Source: Octopus vulgaris (lineage: Eukaryota). From it: a DNA stretch of 64,000 bases. A model generated the notes under the pieces. The model saw only the letters and a program-made list of their open reading frames with translations. It was not told the origin of the DNA and ran no database searches. The position numbers were made by a program, and so were the translations under genes. The first letter of the stretch is position 1, and every line of letters begins with the position of its first letter. Below, piece by piece: positions 13,752-26,250 of this stretch. The stretch covers positions 37,510,001 through 37,574,000 of the forward strand of contig OX597834.1 of the NCBI GenBank assembly GCA_951406725.2, given 5' to 3'.

Positions 13752-14150
13752 CTATATATATATATACACATACATATATATATATATATATATACACACA
13801 TACATATATATATATACACATGCATATATATATATATACACATACATATATATACACATGCATATATATATACATATATATTCATATATATATTTATATA
13901 TACACGTATATATACACATATATATACACATATATATACACACACATATATATATATATATACATATATATACAGATATATGTATATATATATATATATA
14001 CATACACACACACACATGTATATACACACATATATATATATACATATATAGAGATACATATATACATATATATATATATATAGATACATATATATAGATA
14101 CATATATATAGATACATATATACATATATACACATACATATACACATATG
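13520..14150. repeat. Long (TA)n/(TACA)n compound microsatellite
   Basis: Direct inspection. Confidence 0.95.
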
Positions 14151-14340
14151 GTATATGATATGATGCAACCTTCAATGACATTGAATCTCACCTAAGTGAT
14201 AACCACCTCGAACTTCATCATTAAGTTTATTACACAGAATACTAATAGTCTTTGGGTCATAGAAGGAACATAGACATACATATCCCTATAGGATATGATG
14301 TATTATATCTAATGAACACACTCATACCACAGATATGTAT

Positions 14341-14371
<31 letters not shown>

Positions 14372-14404
14372 AGAAAGTGGAGATTAGGAAGTTAATAATT
14401 GTTA

Positions 14405-14670
14405 CTCTTTTATTCTTTTACTTGTTTCAGTACTTATTCTATCGGTCTCTTTTGCCGAACCGCTAAGTGACAGGGACGTAAACACACCAGCATCGGTTGT
14501 CAAGCAATGCTAGGGGGACAAACACAGACACACAAACATATACCCACACACACTTATATATATATACATATATACGACAGGCTTCTTTCAGTTTCCGTCT
14601 ACCAAATCCACTCACAAGGCATTGGTCGGCCCGGGGCTATAGCAGAAGACACTTGCCCAAGATGCCACGC
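14405..14670 (-). mobile_element. SINE family B copy
   Basis: Matches the reverse complement of the 31764-32157 body (tttgccgaaccgctaag...accaaatccactcacaagg). Confidence 0.8.
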
Positions 14671-15053
14671 AGGAAGTTCATTTCCTAAAAATACTAGGCA
14701 TTGAACCAATATTTCGTTGGATGAAGCCATCCTTTCATGAGGTTAACACAACCTCTAATTATATATATATATATATATATATATTTCTTTACTACCCACA
14801 AGGGGCTAAACACAGAGGGGTCAAACAAGGACAGACAAACGGATTAAGTCGATTACATCGACCCCAGTGCATAACTGGTACTTAATTTATCGACCCCGAA
14901 AGGATGAAGGGTATGATGTGTCTCTGTGGAGTGCTCAGCCACTTGCATGTTAATTTCATGAGCAGGTGGTTCCTTTGATCTGATCAGCTGGAACCTTCAT
15001 CATCGTAACCAATGGACTGCCAGTTATAGTTCTATGCAACTATTTATTTTTGG

Positions 15054-15435
15054 GCTCAGGAACCCAAGTGGAGGGTAAAGTTAGGGGCCCAAGTCTGAGA
15101 GGATTAAACTTGGATTGAACCAGCTCTTAATTTCATCAAAACATTTGGAGTTACAACACAGTATATGATTTATTTTTTAGCTCAGGAATCCAAGTGGAGG
15201 GCAAAGTTACATACAGGGCCCCAAGTTTGAGAGGATTAAATTTGGGTTGAACCAGCCCTTAATTTCATCAAAACATTTGGAATTACAACACAGTATATGA
15301 TTTATTTTTTAGCTCAGGAACCTAAGTGGAGGGCAAAGTTACATACAGGGCCCCAAGTCTGAGAGGATTAAATTTGGGTTGAACCAGCCCTTAATTTCAT
15401 CAAAACATTTGGAGTTCCAACACAGTATATGATTT
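15054..15435 (+). repeat. Tandem repeat of about 130 bp, 3 copies
   Basis: The unit gctcaggaa.ccaagtggaggg.aaagtt...gagaggattaaa...caacacagtatatgattt starts at 15054, 15180 and 15312. Confidence 0.92.
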
Positions 15436-16349
15436 CACCTTGAAAGAACCAAACTCTGATCAGAACCTAGTTTCAAACAGTTATGACATGTATACACGGA
15501 GAGATCACACCTTAACCTCTCAACACCGATCATAAAGCTGCTTTCCTCATTTTATACTCACACTTATTGTGAGGTGCCTTTTTAGTCTTGTGAGTTACAT
15601 GGCAACCTCACTAGTGTTGGTGCCACAAGAAAAGCACCCAGTACACTTGTTGATTAGACTGTTGACCATTATTTACTTTTGATCAGACTATTTTTTGCCA
15701 TAATTGTCGTTTATGATGGAGATATCAAAGTTGCATTATACAACATATGAATCGACAGGCCATGATATCTATACACAGCATATTTTATGAGAAAATGTGT
15801 GCTTTGACATTATATGCAACATATTATCTCAGTACACAATTGTAACAGTCATCATTTCAATTTGGTCATTGGTTCTTTGAGAAATTATGATGACCTTATA
15901 TACATATGAATGTTCATACACACACGTATATATGTATGTATCTATGTATGTATGTATGTATGTATGTATGTATGTGTGTATGTATGTATGTGTGTATGTA
16001 TGTAATGTATGTGTGTATGTAATGTATGTATATATGTATGCATGTATGTATATATGTTTCTGCTTTTCCAAAATGGCAGTTGTTCTGCTTGGAACAGTGG
16101 TGGTCATGGTGGTGGTGGGGTGGACAATAAACATGATTAAGGTTTGCAAAGAATTAACCAACTGAATCTGGATTATGATTCACTGAGCTTTTATTCCTTT
16201 TGTTCTTAAGAGGAAAGAAAGTTTAGGACATGATGCTCATGAAAAACCAACTACAGCAACAACAACAACAACAATAATGATAATCATAATCATAAACAAG
16301 AATGCAGATGGCCCTGGTAAGCACACTGTATGATGCCACAAATCAATGA

Positions 16350-16745
16350 TTTTGAAATATTTCAGTTGGGAAGATAATTATCACAGGAGAACTTTGCGAA
16401 TTGTTATTGCAAATTTGCAGAAGGACAGCTCCAATGAGTTTGGAAGATTTAACAGGAATTACGAGCAAAATGTTACGGATCAAATGCAAATGACAACCGA
16501 AATGAGCGCATTGGTAGTTATGGTGTGTTTCCATGCTTGTTTCCAAAGAGGAACGACAAGATTCTGCAAAATCTCAATGCTGTTGTTGATTCAATAAATG
16601 AGGAAATTACCGATGTGTTTTGATGTGAGAATCGGTCACTTGCAAAAGCATTGATCTCTGCAATGATGCAGTAGAATCTGTACCATTATCCTGCGGAGTT
16701 CCTAAGTAGCTGTAACTTTGGTGGACTGCACTCCACCAAAATTCT
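16350..16745 (+). pseudogene. Degenerate Helitron/PIF1-type helicase fragment
   Basis: Frameshifted translation QENFANC-LQI-EG ... CKSIDLCNDAVES-YHYPAEFLSSCNFGGL resembles the Helitron helicase motifs FAxWLLxIGxG and SIDx(n)YPxEFLNSL..xGLP. Confidence 0.6.
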
Positions 16746-16950
16746 TTGATCTTCATAAAAAAAAACAAAAACAAAAAGGGATATGTCATAAAGCTATTGT
16801 GGAATTTAAATAAGGTTAATGGGCTCTGAAGCAGAACAAGAGCTCTAATAAATCTTTTATATAAGCCATTATTGAAGGCGACATTACCAGTGAAGGTGAA
16901 CATTAGGGGAGAAAAAAATTCCCCAAAATACCTGTTATTCTGTTATAAAT

Positions 16951-17530
16951 TAGCCCTTTAGCATTCCAATCACTTTGTCAATTGTAATGCTCATTTATTC
17001 ATTGTTTTGAATTAATCATGCATTGTCTTGTAGCTTTGGGATTTTGGTAATGTAAGTGCTTAATTGTAGAATGACATTGTAGGGCAGGTGTGAAAAGCCA
17101 GATATGAACAGTTTAACATAAAACAGAATATCTGAGCTGAATATAGCTGCGTTAACCCTTTTGTTACCAATCTGGCAGAAACTGCCTCTGGCTCTGAATA
17201 CAAGTGTCTTGTTTTCATAAGTTTTGAATTAAAATCTTCCACCAAACCTTAGTCACAATTTAAGATCCTAACACTAGCTGAATGATAATGAAGTTATTTT
17301 ACTAAATTCTTTGTTATATTTACAATTAATTGAAAGAAACACAGAGCATCTCAAAATAAATACGGTAACGAAAGGGTTAGCTATTAACCCTTTAGAATTC
17401 AGATCACTCTGTCATATGCAAGACTTATTTATTCACATTGTTTTGAATTAATCTTGCATTATCACATAGCTTCAGGATTTCTTATATGCAATTCTTTTAT
17501 TTTTTTAGAATGATATTGTCGGGTATTTAG
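16951..17530. mobile_element. Cluster of piggyBac-type MITEs; complete copy at 17156-17376
   Basis: TTAA-CCCTTTTGTTACC...GGTAACGAAAGGG-TTAG termini. It is flanked by two copies of a second element starting ccctttag (16954 and 17388). Confidence 0.75.
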
Positions 17531-19274
17531 GTAGTGGGTAGCGATTTTCTTCACTACTTCTGAGAGTGATGACCCTACCTGACACAAGTCCTGGGCTTGA
17601 CCCTGCCTGACATGAGTCCCGGTATGGGCCCCTATCCAGGGTTATGGAAAGGAGACGACCTTCAAAGAAACCCGGCGTGAAAGATATTTAGATGAACTGT
17701 ACTGTTGTATGTAGAGGTGCATGGCTTGGTGGTTAGGGTGTTACACTCATGATTGTAAGATTATGGTTTCAATTCCTGGACTAGGTGACGCATTGTCTTC
17801 TTGAGCAAAATACTTTGTTTCACATTGCTCCAGTCAGCTGATAAAACTGTGTCCTGATAAACTGGTGAGTTGTCCAGGGAGGGATACATACACCAGAGGA
17901 ACTGAGAAACTGACCCTATGCTACTTACGGAGTAATGTTGACTAACAAAGTTATATAGGTAGGGAGCGAGCTAATTAAAGGGATGATTTGAGTAGATGGA
18001 AAGGGGCAGTTGTAATGGTGAGGTGGGAAGATAGGCATGAGGGATTACTGCCAGGAAATGATGAGGAGGGGATAGTGATAGAGAAGCTAAAAGTAACAGG
18101 ATTGAGAAGGACAATGAGAAATGATGATAAACATGTCTCATAAATGCTTTCTGGGTGATTAGTCGAGAGGAATGGCCAATACACAATGGGAAGGAGGGGG
18201 GAGAGGATTAAGCAGAAAAGAAGAAAAAACAGATGAGTAGGATTATAGAGAAATGGGAACATTTAGTAGTTATATTTGTCTTCATAAAATAACCTTACTA
18301 TGATATTGTAGTCATCTATCTAGTATAAAGTCATTTGGGATTTGCTAAATTAATGAATATAGGTATAAATAGATAATAAAATTTAAAATGAGGACGCAAA
18401 GTAGTGTTTAGAGATTTGCGCTTGTTTATAGTAAATTATGTTATAATTAGTGTACACATATGATAAATATAAATATTTGATATTTATATATTCAGTAAGT
18501 TGTTTTCATTATGACTTCAAACCATGTCTGGTAGTGAGGCCTTAGTCTGGGAGTTCTAGGGTTTTCAGGAGTGTGAAACCACCTCTTAGCCACTTTTGTA
18601 CCAAGGCTCACTCAGACCCAGAGTAGTAGCACCTGAGAAGGTCCCAACTATGGGTTAATTAGCATATGATGGAAGAAACTCCAAGCACAAACCTTAATTG
18701 TCTTATGAGTGCCTTGGGAAGGGAAAACGCATGGGGTGTCAACCTCCACAGCAAATCAAGGAATGGGCTGGAAATTCCAGTGTCTGTGGACCTCTTTAGC
18801 CCTGTGAGGTCACTCAACTAGAAGAGGGCCACTCCAGTGTAAAACCTACAGGTTGCTGGGTCACCTCAGCTATCTTAGGTCAATGGGCCACTGTGGCCAG
18901 ACCATCAAGTGTAAAGGGTAGGGTTAGACTGTGTGGACTGACTCTCACTTTAAAACTGCAAAGCATAGGCAGGAAGAAAATCCCTGCAGCATCAAGGGTC
19001 AGTTTACATGGACACTTGAGGGCATGCCACTCTTTCTCATGATCTTCAAACATGAAGAAATCGTTGTTGTCATCATCATCATTTAGAAAGGATGTTGAGA
19101 AATATCAGTAGGAACATCAGCAATCCTTCTAGTCTTCTTTTGTGACTTTTTTATCCATCAGTCGAGTGACCTTTTTTACAAATGAAGTCTAAAATATCTG
19201 CATGTTTGGCAGTAGCTGTGGGCCTGTCCCAGATGCATGAGCCATACTCTGTTGCGGGTCCCATTTTTTTTTAT

Positions 19275-19792
19275 TCTTTTACTCGTTTCAGTCATTGATT
19301 GCGGCCATGCTGGAGCATCACTATTAGTCAAACAAATCGAACCCAGGATTTATTCTTTGCAAGCCTAGTACTTACTCTGTCACTCTCTTTTGCCAAACCA
19401 ACATCAGTTGTCAAGTGATGGTAGTGGGGACAAACACATACACAAACACACACACATACACACACACACACATACACACACACACACACACATACACACA
19501 TACAAAAACAGGCTTCTTTCAGTTTCTGTCTACCAAATCCACTTGCATATATATATATATATATGTATATATTTATGTGTGTGTCAATGTGTGTGTGTAT
19601 CTGTGTTTGTCCCCGTCATCACTTGACAACCGATGCTGGTGTGTTTACATCCTGAAAACTTAGCAGTTTGGCAAAAGAGACCGATAGAATAAGTACTACG
19701 CTTACAAAGAATAAATCCTGTTGTCAATTTATTCAACTGAAGGCAAAGCTCCAGCATGGCCGCAGCCAAATGTCTGAAACAAATAAAAGAAT
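19275..19792. mobile_element. Two SINE family B 3' parts in inverted orientation around a (TA)/(TG) tract
   Basis: 19275-19545 (minus) and 19590-19792 (plus) both carry the ctccagcatggccgca...tgaaac..ataaaaga end. Confidence 0.75.
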
Positions 19793-20574
19793 ACTCAAAT
19801 GTTAAACCAAGTCTCTGTACTTTTCTGTGTAGAATAGATCACATTTGTCTGATTCATTTCAACACATGATTAACAATAACACAAAGCATATGAATAGTGC
19901 AAATTTCTCTATCTTTTCGTTTCTGTGTGTTGGGATAAAGAGGAGGAACTAATTATATTTCTGATTCTGAAGGAATGAGTATGTTGTGTTTATCTAAGTT
20001 TAAAAGTATTTTCTCTTACCATATACACCTACGCTTGTCATTATCTGTTGACAAGTATTTGCCCTTACGTGGGAAGGTTATGGTGTTGACGAAATTGCCT
20101 TCTGATGGATAGCACGAAATGTTTCCCTTATGAGATGTTTCAAATATCTAATCAGAACCTTGGTTGTTGTTGGATATTTGAAGTGAAATAATATTTAAGC
20201 ATACATAGCAAGCCTAAACATTGTTTTTATTGAATATGACAAAGTATGAGTAAGTTAAATGGCAAATGCAAGTTACAGCCATGCTCTCTCTGTCTCTCTC
20301 ACTCCTTATATGTATGTATAAAGGTCATCTTGTTTACTTAGCTTCTTCCAGAAACTAATTCATACAAAAGAGAAATGTATGAGAGAGCATTGTCATGTCA
20401 ACTCTTGTTATTACTGCAATATTTCTAGCATATTAACAATGTATACATGTGTCTTTGTGTCTCTACTTGTACCCTACCACTGCTTAGCAATTGGTGTTGG
20501 TGTGTTTACTTCCCCATAACTTATGCATTCAGCAAAAGGACCCGATACAATATTTGATGGTATATATATATATA

Positions 20575-21141
20575 CAGACATGCAGGAAGTAAATAGACAT
20601 ATTTAATTTTCAAAATTTCTGATCTCAGCATTTTAATATTTTCAGTGGTGTAGAATTTTCAATGTACTTATTCTTTTGCATTCCAGGTGCCATTATATTA
20701 AACATTTGCAAAGAGTGACCAAGCCACGCACAAAAAATTCAGCAGAACTGTCACAGTTTCAAAGATGTCATACTGTTGGGCAATCTGAGGCTGGTCTTAG
20801 CCAGTAAAAAATTGCTGAAAATCTTGAAATTCCTCTTGCTACTGTTAATAGAGTTATAGTGCAATTCAAAAGCCAAGGAAAAGAATTGACAGATTCTCAT
20901 CCCAGCTGACCAGGGCCCTCAGAAAAGGAAGCTTTGCTGTTTGAAGAGAATTGTGGAAAAGGAACCCCGTTCAAAGGCTTCCAATATTGCAAAACAGTTA
21001 GAAGTTAGTCCAAGAACGTATGTTACATATCTTCATAAGCTTAGGTATTATGGATGAGCAGCTAGAAGAAAACCTTTCCTTCGACTAATTAATATGAAAT
21101 AAAAGATTTTGAAAAGTAAAGGTGTCTATTTACTTCCTGCA

Positions 21142-21147
<6 letters not shown>
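20575..21147 (+). mobile_element. Internally deleted Tc1-like transposon with TIRs of about 42 bp
   Basis: TIRs are cagacatgcaggaagtaaatagaca and tgtctatttacttcctgcatgtgtg, with (TA)n at the left end. The internal translation [37 protein letters not shown]...AARRKPFL matches a Tc1 paired-like HTH. Confidence 0.88.
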
Positions 21148-21178
<31 letters not shown>

Positions 21179-21249
21179 TGTCGGTTTATCCTATATCCAA
21201 AAGAGAAGCAGACTCTAAACCATAGAGCAGTAATGTAGCTAAGTTTACA

Positions 21250-21480
21250 TCCAGTCATAGAGTGACCAATGGTTCCACATCCACAAAGGACATCTTGTCA
21301 GACTCTAAAGCCGAAGACAAATGCAACTCTTCACCTCTGGAAGCGTAACAGATCTCTGCCTCCCAGAGGTGAAGGGTTACATTTATCTTCGGCCTTAGAG
21401 TCTGACGAGATGTCCATAGTTAGTCCACATTACTCTCTAAGTAATGTGGATGTGGAACCGTTGGTCACTCTAAGACTGGA
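21250..21480. repeat. Fold-back inverted repeat with a hammerhead-like motif in each arm
   Basis: Arms tccagtcatagagtgacc...cacctctgg and ccagaggtg...ggtcactctaagactgga. The plus-strand motif at 21394-21474 is cttagagt-CTGACGA-G-ATGTCC...GGATGT-GGAA-CC-gtt-GGTC-actctaag. Confidence 0.8.
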
Positions 21481-21707
21481 CATAGGCTTAACTGTATTTA
21501 AAAACATGTAAATTCATATTTATGAATGTATATATATGTTTATATATATTATATATATATATATATATGTATGTGAATTTCAATTTACACACACATACAC
21601 ACATAAATGAATGATCCCTCTCTTTATATGTTTTGCATGAGTCAAAATCATTGTTAACAATAACACTAACTACAAGGTGTTAAAGTGCATGTACATACGC
21701 ATACATA

Positions 21708-21740
<33 letters not shown>

Positions 21741-21744
21741 GTGT

Positions 21745-22152
21745 ATATATTTATGAAGGAGAAATGGGCTGAACGAAGATTCTACAGAATTCCTTTTATT
21801 ATTTTCTACACATGTTTCAAAGCAATTCAGTCGGACTGAATAGAGCATTTTGCAGCTTTTCTCAGGAAAATCCAGGAATTTAAAACTCCAAAACAAATGC
21901 GAGCAAGGTATTCGAACAAAACGCTCCTTAGGAGCCCGCTATTTCATGGGCTCCTAAGGAGCGTTTTGTTTGAATACCTTGCTGCGCATTTGTTTTGGAG
22001 TTTTAAATTCCTGGATTTTCCTGAAGAGAAAGCTGCAAAATGGTCTCCTTATTCAGTCCGAACTTGAAATTTGCGCTTTATGTGTAGAAAATAATAAAAG
22101 GAATTCTGTAGAATCTTCGTTCAGCTCCATTTCTTCCCTTCACTAAATATAT
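21745..22152. repeat. Imperfect palindrome of about 400 bp in (TA)n, with a damaged hammerhead in each arm (family H2)
   Basis: Centre is ggagccc-gctatttcat-gggctcc (21931-21954). Minus 21801-21871 reads attttc-CTGAGA-AAAGC...GCTTT-GAAA-CATGT-GTA-gaaaat. Plus 22015-22092 has CTGAAGA but lacks GAAAC. Confidence 0.88.
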
Positions 22153-22323
22153 TAAACTTCAATTATCCGCGCTAAGGCACGGTTGCGACACCCCAAGGTC
22201 GTAACTTCAACAGTATTTTTTCTGTTGTGATTTTTGCTACCCAGCTATCGGTTAAATTTTGAATAATCCTTAACAAGATAATACATTTATCCATTTCAAT
22301 AAACATATATGTGTATATATATT

Positions 22324-22368
<45 letters not shown>

Positions 22369-22465
22369 ATAATAAGGGTAGAAATTGATATTAATCAATT
22401 AAAACCAGTGGCTTAGCATATTTAAAAAATCTGAAGATTAAAAATTTTGTTACATACAAAATTTA

Positions 22466-22507
<42 letters not shown>

Positions 22508-22941
22508 GAATACATATGTGTATGTATGTATATATGTATATGTATGTATGTAAATATGTGTATGTATGTATATATATATATAACGATTCATCTGCATGAA
22601 TCATTCAAATGATATAAATGCTAATAAAATGACTTCTAGCAATGGAAACCTTTAATGAACATAATGATGTTGACATTTTAGACATTTTTGCTCCACCTGC
22701 TGCACTCTGAGCAGTTTTGAATGTATGTTTATGCATTTTATGCATGTATATATGCGTGAGTGTGTGTGTGAGTGCATTTCTCTTGTATGGATGTGTGTTT
22801 ATGTGCGTGCATGCATGAATATATTTGCACATACATACACATATATATTTTTTTACACGCATACACTCACATGATAATGTATGTATTTATATATATGTAC
22901 ATGGGTATGTATTTATATTTTACATACACACCTACATACAA

Positions 22942-22973
<32 letters not shown>

Positions 22974-23182
22974 GCACACACACATATGTCTGTGTGTACA
23001 ATTTAATATCATGTGAGTAATAACATTGCAATGTGCATTTCAAAGCTCCTCTACGGTCATTGGCCACCACATGCTAACATACAGCAGGAATTCTTTTACT
23101 AGATACACCTGTGGAAATCAGAATTCATACAAAAAAAGATGTTATAATACAAGATAATAGAATGAAGAGGCTTTAATCCAAA

Positions 23183-23259
23183 TCACAACAACTGTTTCTG
23201 CACATTGCCATCTTCTGTTATTTGCAGAGCGTTTCATATACTTGCACTTCATCAGGTGA
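23183..23259 (-). ncRNA. Type I hammerhead-like motif
   Basis: Minus strand reads tcac-CTGATGA-AG-TGCA...TGCA-GAAA-CAGTT-GTT-gtga. Confidence 0.6.
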
Positions 23260-24180
23260 GTGGCTTTGTTTTATTATGAACATACATATATACCATATCT
23301 TAACATGTATAAGGAATCCTGTTCTTGTCGTTCATGCCAGAATGGACAATGAACATTAAATGACGTCGATGGTGGCAATGATGATGAATGAAGTCAAATC
23401 AAATAATAATATTTTGAAGCATTTAATATGCACGTTTCAGCTCAGTGTATTATGTAACAAGAAATACATTCCATTACACAAGATCTTCTTCAGTGGATAC
23501 ATTTTAAATATATACATACACATATATATATATATATATGCACACAGACACACACACACACACTCCTAAGTAGCTATACATACATGTATCTATATACACA
23601 TACACACATCAACGCAAACTTTCAAATATTCATACAAAGCACTTGCGTTAAAGGGTAAAACTGCCATAAAGAAACTACAATGGCAAGTCGCAGTCATCAA
23701 TACCTATTATGGTTCACCAGTTAAATAATTATCTCTTGTTCAAAGACAAGAATACACCAGTTTCAATTAAGAAAATGAAAGTCTATACAGCATTTTAGTT
23801 ATTCATATACTCTCTCTCTCTTTTTCTGTTTTTTTCTTTTTGTTTTTGTTTTTGCTTTTTCTTTTTCTGAACAGCTTGTAAGAATTTGCAATACAGATAA
23901 ACATTTTTTTCCCCCTTTTTCTTACGTCTATTTTTTTTAATGATTTCTGTTCATTTTATTTATTTATATTTATTTATTTATTATTATTATTATTATTGTT
24001 GTTATTGTTGTTGTTGGTGTTTTTGGTTTGTTTTGTTTTTGAGTGTTTGCATTCGTTTTGACAAAGTCATCACCCATTCAACTTGTGTCTTAAGCCATCT
24101 GAGGAAGAAATTGGTGTAGTTACATACATAGAAATGATATGTATGTATGTAGGCATGTATGTATGTATGTGTGTATGCTT

Positions 24181-24640
24181 GATTGTATATATATGCATGT
24201 ATGTATGTATTTGTGTGTGTGGGTATGTATGTGTTTGTGCGAGTGTGTGTATGTATCTGCTTGTGTGGATCTATGTATGGGTGTATGTGTGTATGTATGA
24301 TTGTATATATGCATGTATGTATGTATTTGTGTGTGTGGGTATGTATGTGTTTGTGCGAGTGTGTGTATGTATCTGCTTGTGTGGATCTATGTATGGGTGT
24401 ATGTGTGTATGTATGATTGTATATATGCATGTATGTATGTATTTGTGTGTGTGGGTATGTATGTGTTTGTGCGAGTGTGTGTATGTATCTGCTTGTGTGG
24501 ATCTATGTATGGGTGTATGTGTGTATGTATGATTGTATATATGCATGTATGTATGTATTTGTGTGTGTGGGTATGTATGTGTTTGTGCGAGTGTGTGTAT
24601 GTATCTGCTTGTGTGGATCTATGTATGGGTGTATGTATGT
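24181..24640 (+). repeat. 116-bp minisatellite, 4 copies, built from TG/TATG microsatellite
   Basis: Near-identical units gattgtatatatgcatg...gcgagtgtgtg...tgcttgtgtggatctatg at 24181, 24299, 24415 and 24531. Confidence 0.92.
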
Positions 24641-25049
24641 ATGTGTTTGTATTCATGTATGTATGTATGGATGTATATATGTTTACACATATGTATGTGT
24701 GCATCTATGTATGTACGTATGTATGTATGCCTATATGTATGTACGTATGTATGTATGTATATATGAATGTATGCATTTGTGTGTGGGTATGTATGTATGT
24801 GTTTGTGTGTGTATGTATGTGCTTGTGTGGCTGTATGTAGGGTTGTATGTATGTGTCTGTGTTCGTGTATGTATGGATGGATGTATATTTGTATGTACAT
24901 ACGTATGTTTGTATGTATGCATATATGTAGTTACATATGTATGTATATATGTATGTATGTATGTACGTATGCATTTGTGTGTGTGGGTAGGTATGTGTTT
25001 GCATGTGGATGTATGTATGTGTTTGTGTTTGTATATGTATGTCTTATAT

Positions 25050-25540
25050 CCTTTATCTTTTGCTTGCTTCAGTCATTAGACTATGGCCATGATGGGGCAC
25101 CGCCTTGGAGAAATTTTAGTCGAATGAATCAACACCCAGGACTTAATTTTTATTTTTTAAGCCCCGAATTTATTCTATTGGTGTCCTTTGTTAAACTGCT
25201 AAGTTATGGAGCTGTAAACACACCATCACCAGTTGACAAGCAGTGGCAGGGGGCAGACACAAACACAAAGGCACACACACACATAAGCACATACACACAT
25301 ATACATACATATATATACATATATATAGAACAGGCTTCTTTCAGTTTCCATCTACCAAATCCACCTGCTACACTCTCAGAGTGGTTGACATTCGAAAGAG
25401 CATCTAGCTGTAGAAACCTTGCCAAATCAGATTGGAGCCTGGTGCAGTTTCCTGGCTTTGCCAGTCCTCCATCAAACCATCCAACCCATGCCAGCATGGA
25501 AAGCAGACGTTAAAACGATGACTATGATGATGATGATGAT
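25050..25540. mobile_element. SINE family B (minus) fused to a family C 3' end (plus)
   Basis: Family B tail reversed at 25050-25365, then ctacactctcagagtggttg...ccatgccagcatggaaagcagacgttaaaacgatg. Confidence 0.75.
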
Positions 25541-25689
25541 ATATATGTTTATATTTATTTTTGGTTTACTCAGTCACATGCTACTCTGAGTTTCACCTAG
25601 TCACATGACTGAAGGGGGGACTGCTATATGGACATGTGTGTGTGTGTGTGAGGAAAAATACTCACTCCCAACACAAATGTCACGACCTC

Positions 25690-25692
25690 CTT

Positions 25693-25726
<34 letters not shown>

Positions 25727-26250
25727 GCCACCACCAATATTAGTACTACTACATACTCTACTGTCATCATACAACACAACCCTTATTATACTACTACTAC
25801 TACTTCAGCTGCCTCCATTACTAGTACCACTAATGTTAGCTCCACCACTACTGCTATACTACTCAACACCAACACCACCATCACCATCACCACTACAACT
25901 ACTACCACCACTGCTACCACCATACTTCCCTCGTCAACATCACCATCACCACTGCTAATGCCGCCACCACCACTACCACCACTATACTGCCCATCTCCAG
26001 CACCACCCCCACCACCTTCAAGCTTAACACCACCACCACTACCACCACCACCACCATACTACTACTACCACCACCTCTGCTACCACCATCACTGTCTATT
26101 GCACCACCACCACTTATTACTCTCCCCTACAATTTATCAAGACCACAACGACAATTATCACCGATGGAGCCACCACCGCTCCCTCTACCACCACCACCAC
26201 CACCACCACCACCGTCATCAGCGCCACACCCATCCTTGCCGCCACTATGA
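25690..26250. repeat. (CTA)n/(CAC)n degenerate tract
   Basis: Direct inspection. Confidence 0.85.

Noticed and set aside
6738-14191. Many long Tyr/Ile/His/Thr/Cys/Val-rich ORFs (also throughout the window)
   Set aside because: They are translations of (TA)n, (CA)n and (TG)n microsatellites that lack stops by construction.
17900-19030. Purine-rich and GC-richer stretch that may be LINE/SINE-derived
   Set aside because: No protein motif or second copy recognised; cannot be classified without a repeat library.
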